The notes under the pieces were generated by a model. It searched no databases. It was not told the origin of the DNA and was given only the letters and a program-made list of their open reading frames with translations. A stretch of DNA of 64,000 nucleotides, from contig CADBXE010000007.1 of assembly GCA_902798595.1 (NCBI GenBank), forward strand, positions 1,800-65,799. The letters run 5' to 3'. The position numbers and the translations under genes are program-made. The stretch is from an uncultured Erysipelotrichaceae bacterium (lineage in GTDB: Bacteria; Bacillota_I; Bacilli_A; RFN20; CAG-826). Within the stretch, counting starts at the first letter, position 1. Each line of letters begins with the position of its first letter. Positions 43,835 through 52,518 of the stretch are shown here, in pieces.

Positions 43835-43853
43835 AATGAATGACTGTTCATAT
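43835..43853. promoter_or_regulatory. Candidate ArsR/SmtB operator 2 (AATGAA-N6-TTCATAT)
   Basis: A second inverted repeat with the same half-sites, 32 nt from operator 1. Confidence 0.45.
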
Positions 43854-43873
43854 AGTTGATATTTAGTCATAGA

Positions 43874-44737
43874 CTAAAATCCAACCACTAAACAAGTCAA
43901 ATAACCAAATATATTAGCGACAACGAAGCAAATTGCGACGATGATTAGAGCTTTTTTAATTGTCTTTTTATCTTTTAATAGCACCATGAGGCCTAAGCCA
44001 GAATTAACTAATAAACCGGCGAATAACGCTCCAAATGAGAGATTACCGTCAACAAATAATTCAGTAATAAAAATAGACGAAGCACAGTTAGGAATAAGGC
44101 CAATAATAGAAGCAAATAGAGGCGCCACGTAACGGTTGGTCATCATGAAATTAGAAAAGTTCTCTTCGCCAACTAAACCAATGATAATACCCATGACTAG
44201 ATTAATGACAAAAACATACGCAAGTATTTTTGCAGCGTGTATTAATGGGTGCACGAGGTGTGCGTGCATTGGCGTGTTTTCATGATGATGGGTATGGCAT
44301 TCATGTTCTTCTTCAATATGGTCAACCTCTTCGATTTTTTGCTTTCTAACAATTAAATCGACGAGAAGGCCCACGAGGATACCACTAACGAGTTTTAAGC
44401 CAATCAATGGGAAGATCATGAGAGTCTTTTCGTTCCATGAACCCAAAAGAACTAAAACCGCTTCATCAGAGCAGCTTAAAAAGACAGCGATGACCGTACC
44501 GATAGTAATGAATTTTTTAATATACAAATCAGCAGCAATGACGGAAGTACCGCATTGAGGAACTAAACCAAATAAAGCACCAAAGATTGGGGATGTTTTC
44601 TTTCTTTTAATTAAGAAGTTAGAAACAGGTGTCTCAATAAATGAAAGAATGACATGAAAAAAGAAGACGAAAGCGAAGACAATCATGCTGTCTTTTAATG
44701 CGTCTAACAAGATGTCAAAGAATAGTTCCCAAGTCAT
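43874..44737 (-). CDS. Polytopic membrane protein, putative metal permease/exporter (ArsP_2-like) with His-rich loop
   Basis: Paired motifs PQCGTS and IPNCASS lie in two halves, with a central loop HIEEEHECHTHHHENTPMHAHLVHP. Confidence 0.5.
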   Translation of the reverse strand: MTWELFFDILLDALKDSMIVFAFVFFFHVILSFIETPVSNFLIKRKKTSPIFGALFGLVPQCGTSVIAADLYIKKFITIGTVIAVFLSCSDEAVLVLLGSWNEKTLMIFPLIGLKLVSGILVGLLVDLIVRKQKIEEVDHIEEEHECHTHHHENTPMHAHLVHPLIHAAKILAYVFVINLVMGIIIGLVGEENFSNFMMTNRYVAPLFASIIGLIPNCASSIFITELFVDGNLSFGALFAGLLVNSGLGLMVLLKDKKTIKKALIIVAICFVVANIFGYLTCLVVGF

Positions 44738-44808
44738 ACGGCTACATATTGTAACACAAAAACATTTTTTGTGATGACAAACGATAAAAATAATGGAATA
44801 ATCTTCTC

Positions 44809-45516
44809 ATGATTAAGACAATTTTATTCGATTTAGACGGAACATTACTCCCTATGGACGAGGAGTATTTTAAGAAAATTTACTTTGGCGCGGTCTATCA
44901 AAAAATCGCTCATTTAGGCTATACACTCGATGAACTTTTAAAGTGCATTTGGTATGGCACCAAAGCCATGATTAAGAATGATGGAAAACAGACAAACGAA
45001 GAGATTTTCTGGAAGGCTTTTGTTGAGATTCATCCAGATAGAGTGGAAGAAAACAAAGCCAACTTTGTGGAATTCTATGATCAAATCTTTCCAACGTTAG
45101 GGGATTCATGTGGCTATCAACCACTATCTAAAGAATTTATTAAAGAGTTAAAAGATAGAGGCTATGAACTTATTATTGCATCCAACCCAATATTCCCTCT
45201 TGTTGCCACAAAAGCAAGATTAAGATGGGCGGGTCTTAACCCTGATGATTTCAAATACATTACTGCGTATGAGAACTCTTCATTTAGTAAACCTAATCCA
45301 AAATACTACGAAGAGATATTAAAGAAGCATAATCTTAAACCAGAAGAATGCTTGATGATTGGCAATGACGCAAAAGAAGATATCGCAGCAATGCAGTTAG
45401 GCATTGATACATATCTTATTACCGATTGTTTACTTAATCCTGATAACGTTGACATCAAACAATATAAAAACGGAACGTTTAAAGAGATTATGGATTTCGT
45501 CTTAGCAAGGCTTTAA
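44809..45516 (+). CDS. HAD-superfamily hydrolase
   Basis: Motif I FDLDGTL and a late motif GNDAKEDI. Confidence 0.8.
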   Translation: MIKTILFDLDGTLLPMDEEYFKKIYFGAVYQKIAHLGYTLDELLKCIWYGTKAMIKNDGKQTNEEIFWKAFVEIHPDRVEENKANFVEFYDQIFPTLGDSCGYQPLSKEFIKELKDRGYELIIASNPIFPLVATKARLRWAGLNPDDFKYITAYENSSFSKPNPKYYEEILKKHNLKPEECLMIGNDAKEDIAAMQLGIDTYLITDCLLNPDNVDIKQYKNGTFKEIMDFVLARL

Positions 45517-45546
45517 AAAACTGGGTTCAACCCAGTTCTTTTTTTA
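45515..45546. terminator. Bidirectional terminator (aactggg-ttcaa-cccagtt)
   Basis: Hairpin flanked by A6 and T-rich runs, between convergent genes. Confidence 0.8.
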
Positions 45547-46695
45547 ATTTCTTACAGCGACAATCGCAAGCGATAAAGCTATCTTAGCGAAGATGAACAG
45601 TGCGCTCATTCCTCCGATAATTGCGTAATTAAACTTTGGCATTTTGAATGAGCCAATAAATAAAGCAAATAGGAGATAATATGACGCCGCAACGATTACG
45701 ACTCCGATGACGTCTGGGAAACCAAATAATTGGTCTAGACTCAAGAAGAACATAAGAACGGGGATTATCGATAAGAAGAATAGGGAGTTTAACTTCTTAT
45801 TCGCGAAGCCGTAATTGTTGCAGCTTTCACCACTACCATCTTTCATGTATAGTGTGAAGAAACAAGCTAATGCGCCAACTAGTACTTCTAGTACTATGCA
45901 AATAATTAAGAATGCTAAATATCTATTGTCTGTCGCAAATGGGAAGCTGTGATTGAAAACATCAAAAGCATACTTAGTAGCAATATAACCTGGCAATTGG
46001 AAGCCGATAACAACTCCTGGAGAATAATTAATCGCAACATTAGAAAGGTCACCGATGATGTATGTTGTATGCTCGTTGACTTGCGCAATTTCACACATCA
46101 TACGAGCAAATTGCATAGAAGCATTTAAAGTGAGAATCAAAATCAATTGTAATGAAACATTAATTAGTAAAGCTGAAATTGGTTTGCTCGCCAAAGAGCA
46201 GCAGAAACAAGAAATGAAGTATTCAATCACCACTGTAACTAGGCTGACTCCGATTGCCGCAAATAAATAACCAGCGTGGAAATATTTAAAATAAGTGATA
46301 TGGGCAATGATTTTTGAATCTGGAGCCAATATATAACGTACAATTTGTGCAAAAGATGTGATTAAAGATGAAAGAATGAAACTGGTCACTAAAATGCATA
46401 AACCAGCAATAATTCTAGTGTTCTTTAATTCTTTCTGTTCGAGAGGCAATTGATAATACGTGTCGCCTCTTTTTAATGAATATTTATAGTTATAGACAAA
46501 TAAAGGCAAGGCCGCAGCGAACACCATCATAGGGGCAGTTAGCGCCAGCATTGAACCATTATCCGAACTTGGACAATAGAAATCAGACGCCATTAGGCTT
46601 GAGAAAAAAGTAATTGTCGTGATGAGGGTGAACACTATAAAAAGAGGAAGGTATTCTTTAACTATCAAGTATTTTGCATAATTACGCTTTTTCAT
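45544..46695 (-). CDS. ABC-2-like polytopic membrane protein (permease partner)
   Basis: 383-aa hydrophobic ORF whose start overlaps the ATPase gene stop. Confidence 0.55.
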   Translation of the reverse strand: MKKRNYAKYLIVKEYLPLFIVFTLITTITFFSSLMASDFYCPSSDNGSMLALTAPMMVFAAALPLFVYNYKYSLKRGDTYYQLPLEQKELKNTRIIAGLCILVTSFILSSLITSFAQIVRYILAPDSKIIAHITYFKYFHAGYLFAAIGVSLVTVVIEYFISCFCCSLASKPISALLINVSLQLILILTLNASMQFARMMCEIAQVNEHTTYIIGDLSNVAINYSPGVVIGFQLPGYIATKYAFDVFNHSFPFATDNRYLAFLIICIVLEVLVGALACFFTLYMKDGSGESCNNYGFANKKLNSLFFLSIIPVLMFFLSLDQLFGFPDVIGVVIVAASYYLLFALFIGSFKMPKFNYAIIGGMSALFIFAKIALSLAIVAVRN

Positions 46696-47584
46696 GGTGT
46701 TTGTCCTCCTTATTGGCTAAAGCCATTTGTAAAAGGATAATTTCGTTAGCGTCAATAGCGACTGTTTCTAACAATGATGGCTTGAGTGTTTCTAAAGCCT
46801 TTTCGATATCTTTGTTATCTTTGTTATCGATTACAAAGTTGTGAAGAGAGCCAGCCTTTCTATAAGAAAGGATATTTAATCCTAATTTAGAAAGTGTTTC
46901 TTCATTGCATTGTTTATCAAAGATGGCTTGATACTTAATGAATGTCTCGCCTAAAGAATCGAGGTCACCATCACTGGATAATTTGCCATCATGAATAATC
47001 ACGAACTTATCAACAAGCTTTTCTAAAGCGGTCACGTTATGGGAAGAAACCACAACTGTTTTTTCTTTGTCTTTACAGATTCTGACAATCTCTTCTTTCA
47101 CTGTTTCAAGAACAAGTGGATCTAAACCATCAAACGCTTCATCTAAAAGTAAGTACTTGCAGTTAACAGATAATGACAAAGCAATGAATAGTAAGCGTCT
47201 CATGCCTTTGGAGTATTTGCTAATTCTCACATTCATAGGAAGATTGAATTTAGTAATTAAGCTATCAAATATCGCCTTATCGATAGAGTAGAAGATTTGA
47301 TAAAACTCGAAGACAGCTTTAATATCGCTACTAACTGGAGCGTATGGGTCATCTGGTAAAAAGAACACTAGCTCTTTAGCTTGCTTGGTATTACTTAAAT
47401 ATGTATCAATAAAAATATCGCCTTCATCCGCTTGATAGACACCTGCGATCATTCTAAGAAGTGTGGATTTGCCCGCACCATTTTGACCGACAAGGCCAAT
47501 GACACCAGATTCAATATTCAAATCTAAGGAAGAAATGGCGGTTTTTTGTTCAAATCTTTTGGTCGCATTACTTATTTGGATCAT
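46682..47584 (-). CDS. ABC transporter ATP-binding protein
   Basis: Walker A GQNGAGKST, signature YSKGMRR and Walker B LLLDEAFDGLD. Confidence 0.9.
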   Translation of the reverse strand: MIQISNATKRFEQKTAISSLDLNIESGVIGLVGQNGAGKSTLLRMIAGVYQADEGDIFIDTYLSNTKQAKELVFFLPDDPYAPVSSDIKAVFEFYQIFYSIDKAIFDSLITKFNLPMNVRISKYSKGMRRLLFIALSLSVNCKYLLLDEAFDGLDPLVLETVKEEIVRICKDKEKTVVVSSHNVTALEKLVDKFVIIHDGKLSSDGDLDSLGETFIKYQAIFDKQCNEETLSKLGLNILSYRKAGSLHNFVIDNKDNKDIEKALETLKPSLLETVAIDANEIILLQMALANKEDKHHEKA

Positions 47585-47930
47585 TTTCCTTTTCCTCCTC
47601 TTCTATCATTTTTTCTAAACGTTTTTTGATTGTTTGCAAGTTATAACCTTTGAACTTAATATCTTCAATTAATTGACATAATTCATCTTTTTCTTCTTGG
47701 TTATCAACTTTATTAATACGATTTCCTTTACCACTTATAGGCGTTAAGTAACCTAAATCAATCAGCATTGAAAAGGCCCTTTGCACTGTGTTAGGATTCA
47801 CACCGATTAATAATGATGTGTCTCTAACTGAAGGAAGATAATCGCCTTCTTTGAGCGCGCCTTTATCAATTAGATTCTTGTAATAATCTTTAATTTGTAA
47901 GTATGCAGGAATACCAGGTAAAAGTTTCAT
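47568..47930 (-). CDS. GntR-family (YtrA-like) transcriptional regulator
   Basis: LPSVRDTSLLIGVNPNTVQRAFSML with a short C-terminus. It heads the ABC operon. Confidence 0.85.
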   Translation of the reverse strand: MKLLPGIPAYLQIKDYYKNLIDKGALKEGDYLPSVRDTSLLIGVNPNTVQRAFSMLIDLGYLTPISGKGNRINKVDNQEEKDELCQLIEDIKFKGYNLQTIKKRLEKMIEEEEKENDPNK

Positions 47931-48119
47931 ACGTCTATAGTGTACTAATCGTATTAATATGCGTCAATACTTTTTGTTGTTTTCATGGTTTGAAAATAAA
48001 ACGACACTAAAGTGTCTTCTTTTCGTTAAAAACAAATAGAGTTTCTTATCGGTGTATCACATCATCCCATATTCAACAAAAAGTCTCGTAATGTCATATC
48101 TTTTTCTTGGTTATACCAA

Positions 48120-49436
48120 TTGCATATTTTAGGTGTTTTTTACCGAAATAGACAAAACAACAAAAGTGTAATTAGTCAATCGCAAAGTTTTTCATTTTTA
48201 AAAGGCATTTTCCCGTATAATTTTCTTGTGAAGAAAATATTGCATAACCTTGTTAACTACCTTTTCTTTTGTGGCATTCCTCGTAAGAACTATAACGAAA
48301 TTAAAGCGATAGTTTGGGCCAGGAACAGACGTATATTAAGAATCACATCCGTTTTAACCGCAGTTTTTGGATTCGCTCTTTTAGTGGTCGATATTGTAAA
48401 ACAAGGTCATTCGTTTATCCCTTATATTTTTTTAACTATTGGCAGTTTAATCATTTACTTCTTTGTTATGACATTGGGTAGAAGATTTAAAAATGCTTAT
48501 TTTTCATTTGCGGTTTGTTACGGGCAGATGGTTTTAACCATCGTCTATGCATTATTACTATCAATTCAACCAAGTAGTTATTCGATACCCGCTACTAGTG
48601 TCATTATATTTATCGCCCTACTTCCAATCACAATTGATGACCGTCCGATTAGAATGTATGGTTTTATGATTTGTGAATGTATTGGCTATTTAATCTTCTC
48701 TTATCATTTTAAAGATGCGAAAGCGTTTAATTTGGATTTAACTAACTGTATTTCTTTTACCGTCATCGGTATCATCATGTATTCCGTTGTGTGCTTTAGA
48801 AACGTTAAAGAGATTTCACAAGGAACAAGAATTGAAAAAATGCAAAATAATCTCATCACCACTTTGGCTACAGCGGTTGAAGAAAGAGATGCTTGTACTG
48901 GTGGTCACATTGTGAGAACTGAGCAATACGTTTCCCAATTAGTGGACAAAATTAGGAGGAAAGAGAAGTATTCTAAGCTATCTCGCTTGTATTTTAGAAA
49001 TGTCGTCATGGCGGCACCTATGCATGATTTAGGGAAGATTAAGATTCCTGATAGTATTTTAAATAAACCAGGAAAACTCACTTCTGAAGAATATGAAGTA
49101 ATGAAAAAACACGCTGTCTATGGTGCGGACTTCATTCAAAAAAGTATGAAGAATGTTGATGACGACACTTACTTAAGTGTAGCGGTTAACATCGCTAAAT
49201 ACCATCATGAAAGATATGATGGTACTGGTTATCCAGAAAACCTAAAAGGTGAACAAATACCATTAGAAGCGAGAATTATGGCCCTCGCTGATGTTTATGA
49301 CGCGTTAGTGTCTAAACGTCCATATAAAGAAGCTTATTCAAAAGAAAAAGCCATGGAAATCATTAGAGAAGGAATTGGCACACAGTTTGATCCAGAACTT
49401 GCCCCTATCTTCCTCGAAATCGTTCAACAAGGCTAA
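48120..49436 (+). CDS. Membrane-bound HD-GYP domain protein (c-di-GMP phosphodiesterase family)
   Basis: HDLGKIKIP...HHERYDGTGYP follows a multi-TM N-terminus. The track start is TTG, so the true start is uncertain. Confidence 0.8.
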   Translation: MHILGVFYRNRQNNKSVISQSQSFSFLKGIFPYNFLVKKILHNLVNYLFFCGIPRKNYNEIKAIVWARNRRILRITSVLTAVFGFALLVVDIVKQGHSFIPYIFLTIGSLIIYFFVMTLGRRFKNAYFSFAVCYGQMVLTIVYALLLSIQPSSYSIPATSVIIFIALLPITIDDRPIRMYGFMICECIGYLIFSYHFKDAKAFNLDLTNCISFTVIGIIMYSVVCFRNVKEISQGTRIEKMQNNLITTLATAVEERDACTGGHIVRTEQYVSQLVDKIRRKEKYSKLSRLYFRNVVMAAPMHDLGKIKIPDSILNKPGKLTSEEYEVMKKHAVYGADFIQKSMKNVDDDTYLSVAVNIAKYHHERYDGTGYPENLKGEQIPLEARIMALADVYDALVSKRPYKEAYSKEKAMEIIREGIGTQFDPELAPIFLEIVQQG

Positions 49437-49609
49437 TTATTTATTTATGATTTGATTTGCATCGAAAGAATCAAATTACTATGCAAACATTATTTGAGTT
49501 TGATTCAGCTATTTGAATTTCAGAATCAGAGGTCTTGTTCAGTAATTCTGGAAAGGTAGACTGTTGATTTGACATGAGCAACGGAATTAAATTTGCAAAA
49601 ATTAATAAA

Positions 49610-50095
49610 TTAGTCGTATAAGTAGTCGTTCTCACTAATAAAAAGTTTGAAATAAAAATGCTGTTGTTTCAGTTCACAATTGCTTTCTATCACATAATAC
49701 GCACTATCCAAATTATCTTCGTCATCAGTAGATAATGGCTTAACGTATATAAAATTTTCGTCAACATATGTTACAGGAGCGCTTTTGGATCCGTTATGAG
49801 CGTCGGTTAAATTAATTAAGTCGATAACTTTTTCAGAACCGCTTTCATCATAAGCATAAAATGACAAAAGAAAATAATCATTCTTAACTACATCTTTCAC
49901 AACGTTTTTGCCATTGCGTAGGATATATTCATCTTTGTCGATTTTAGAAACAATCAATCGGCAGGTTTCAGATGAATTATACGAATTGACTCCATTATAT
50001 ATGCCCTCGACAAAAAAATTCCTGCAATGATTAACACAGCCGGTCAAAAAGTTCAAAGTAACAAACAAGATTGAAGTCGAAAATAGTTTTTTCAT
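49610..50095 (-). CDS. Lipoprotein, unknown function
   Basis: Signal peptide with lipobox FLTGC. Confidence 0.55.
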   Translation of the reverse strand: MKKLFSTSILFVTLNFLTGCVNHCRNFFVEGIYNGVNSYNSSETCRLIVSKIDKDEYILRNGKNVVKDVVKNDYFLLSFYAYDESGSEKVIDLINLTDAHNGSKSAPVTYVDENFIYVKPLSTDDEDNLDSAYYVIESNCELKQQHFYFKLFISENDYLYD

Positions 50096-50566
50096 ATAAA
50101 ATCAACTCTATTTTATCAATCCTCCTCACAACATTAAAATGAAAAATTATGGTTGGTTTATTTTTCAAACCTTTTAAAAAGTAATGATTTCATCACACTT
50201 ATTCAAAAAAATATTAATCACTCCAAAAATATGTTTCTGTTTTTAAAAAACTATTTCCATTTTTAATAAATCTTACAAAACAAAGCGTAGTTTTCTGCGT
50301 AGTTTAGATAGGAGCCCCCCATCGCCACTTTATCTAATTTAGTGCTTTTTCTTCATCAATAAGTGGCATCGCGAAGTCTTCAATTTTATGAATTTTATGA
50401 GCAATGTGTATATTTTGCATTCCAAAGTTCGAATTGTTTCAAACGTAACAATTTTGACATTTTTAAACTTATGAAAGAATTTATGCCAAATTTTGATAAA
50501 TGTATTATGTCCTGATAAGAAAAAACTGGGTTCCAATTATGAAACTACCAGTTAAAAATCTCTTAG

Positions 50567-50640
50567 TGGAGCACGCGACGGGAATCGAACCCGCACGATT
50601 AGCTTGGGAAGCTAAAGTTCTACCACTAAACTACGCGTGC
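50567..50640 (-). tRNA. trnG: tRNA-Gly (anticodon CCC)
   Basis: GCACGCGTAGTTTAGTGGTAGAAC-TTTAGC-TTCCCAA-GCTAA...GGGTTCGATTCCC...GTGCTCCA. Confidence 0.9.
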
Positions 50641-50646
50641 TTCTTG

Positions 50647-50670
50647 TAAAAAAGCCCTTTAACAGGGCTT
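50647..50670 (-). terminator. Hairpin + U-run between tRNA-Val and tRNA-Gly(CCC)
   Basis: Minus strand AAGCCCU-GUUAA-AGGGCUU followed by UUUUU. Confidence 0.55.
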
Positions 50671-50681
50671 ATTCACTAATT

Positions 50682-50757
50682 TGGTGGGTACTGACGGGAT
50701 CGAACCGCCGACCTTCTGTACGTCAAACAGATGCTCTCCCAGCTGAGCTAAATACCC
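50682..50757 (-). tRNA. trnV: tRNA-Val (anticodon GAC)
   Basis: GGGTATTTAGCTCAGCTGGGAGAGC...TTGACGT...GGTTCGATCC...TACCCACCA. Confidence 0.95.
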
Positions 50758-50765
50758 AAATTTGC

Positions 50766-50842
50766 TGGTGCCGACTACAGGAATTGAACCTGCAACCTAC
50801 TGATTACGATTCAGTTACTCTACCTAATTGAGTTAAGTCGGC
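50766..50842 (-). tRNA. trnT: tRNA-Thr (anticodon CGU)
   Basis: GCCGACTTAACTCAATTAGGTAGAGT...ATCGTAA...GGTTCAATTCC...GTCGGCACCA. Confidence 0.95.
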
Positions 50843-50921
50843 AACTAAGTCGCCTTAATATAATAGTAAAATTCAAATAGAGTTGCAACAATAAATTATT
50901 TTTTTATTTAAATAATAAATG

Positions 50922-52442
50922 CTAGGCTTTTTTCTTGACTGGTATTGGAGAGAAAACAAAGGACAGTTTTTCTCTTTTGCATATTCTTTGAATAGCAAAT
51001 TTACCTTGTGTCATAGCAATTGGCAAACCACCAGGGCCTTGCATCCATTGGCCAGATAGGTAGAAGTTCTTTAAACCACGAACTGTACCATTATGGGCAA
51101 ACATTGGATCTTTCTTAGTGAATAAGAAGCTCATGTAAACACCATAGGATGTATTAACATATCTATTAAATGTATGTGGGGTACAGACATCTAATAGTTC
51201 AATATCTTTTAAATTTGGGAACTTAGCGATGATTCTATTTTTCACATCATTAGCGATTTCATTCTTTATTTTTAAATAAAGTTGTCTATTCGCAGATAAT
51301 TTTCTCCAGTAAGCATATTCGTTACTGCTTTGATCCACCATGACGGAGAGAATTGTTTTATCGCCTCTAGTGAATGTTTCATCATAAGCATAGTTACGAA
51401 CGGTTAAGTGATCAATTGTTAAACCACCACAGCTGAATTTATCACATTCAAAAGAGAAAGGTGTTGGAATATTGCTATTTTTATCAATCGCAAAATGCAT
51501 CATCACACAGCTAGGAGCAGGATTTCTTCTAGGATTATCAAATCTCTTTTGGAACGCTGGGAATTTATATTGGTCTCTTAATAATCTCTTTAATGTGTAA
51601 TTGGTATCCAAACAAGAGACAACATAGTCACCTCTGAATTCTTCACCGTTTAATAATTTAATGCCCTTAGCGTGGCCGTTTTCAATAATCACGCTATCAA
51701 CGTTAGCGTTCACTTTTAAAGCGCCACCTAAAGAGAGGAACTTTTCTTTCATACGTTCCACCATCGGTGTACTTGCACCGATTGGGACACCACCATCGCC
51801 CACAACAACAGTTGCATAGCTATAAATCATGGAGAATAAGTTACCCGCACCGATTTGGGCTTTGGTTAAAGCAAATCTAATGGCTGGTGATTTAAATTTC
51901 GCTGCGAATTGTTCGCATGATTGAGTCATGGTTTTTAAATAGGATGGCCAGACTGATAATACTTTAAGACCTAAAGCAATCTTACGATTTAATGGAATCA
52001 TACTTAAAGGTAGGTCTAATGGTAATTCGACTTTAGTGAAGTCTTTGACCATTTTAAAGAATTTATGAATCATCTTACTATCAACTGGTGATAGTTCTTT
52101 CCATTCTCTTTCCGCTCTATCGAGATCTCTCCAGAGAGTAACTGATTGGCCTTGATATTCAAAAGTGCCCCAACTTGGGAGATATAAAATATCATCTTGG
52201 GTTTTGAAAGCACCGACATTCTTCCACATTTCGTTTAAGAGTGTGCCTTCTTTAGTGCCTGTTAGCCAGTGAATACAACCATCAAGATAATAGCCTTTTC
52301 TATTCCAACCAACACACATGCCGCCTACGACAGGATTCTTTTCTAATATAACCGCGTGAAAACCATGCTGTTCAGCATAGATACCTGCTGATAAACCAGC
52401 GACGCCACCACCGATAATAATAATGCGCTTTTCGTTTTGCAT
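50922..52442 (-). CDS. FAD/NAD(P)-dependent oxidoreductase, phytoene desaturase (CrtI)-like family
   Basis: Dinucleotide fold IIIIGGGVAGLSAGIYAEQHGFHAVILEK. The length and C-terminal pattern fit the CrtI-like family. Confidence 0.75.
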   Translation of the reverse strand: MQNEKRIIIIGGGVAGLSAGIYAEQHGFHAVILEKNPVVGGMCVGWNRKGYYLDGCIHWLTGTKEGTLLNEMWKNVGAFKTQDDILYLPSWGTFEYQGQSVTLWRDLDRAEREWKELSPVDSKMIHKFFKMVKDFTKVELPLDLPLSMIPLNRKIALGLKVLSVWPSYLKTMTQSCEQFAAKFKSPAIRFALTKAQIGAGNLFSMIYSYATVVVGDGGVPIGASTPMVERMKEKFLSLGGALKVNANVDSVIIENGHAKGIKLLNGEEFRGDYVVSCLDTNYTLKRLLRDQYKFPAFQKRFDNPRRNPAPSCVMMHFAIDKNSNIPTPFSFECDKFSCGGLTIDHLTVRNYAYDETFTRGDKTILSVMVDQSSNEYAYWRKLSANRQLYLKIKNEIANDVKNRIIAKFPNLKDIELLDVCTPHTFNRYVNTSYGVYMSFLFTKKDPMFAHNGTVRGLKNFYLSGQWMQGPGGLPIAMTQGKFAIQRICKREKLSFVFSPIPVKKKA

Positions 52443-52518
52443 GCTTAAATGATATAGATTTCTCTAAAATTAAGCACACTACTATAAAATTTATTAACTC
52501 TACTGAGAGTGGAACGTA

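Noticed and set aside
50339-50536. A 65-aa minus-strand ORF beside the tRNA cluster, considered as an integrase remnant.
   Set aside because: It has no SD and a Lys/Phe/Ile-rich low-complexity sequence. I could not recognise any recombinase motif. The region is retained only as an unexplained non-coding stretch.
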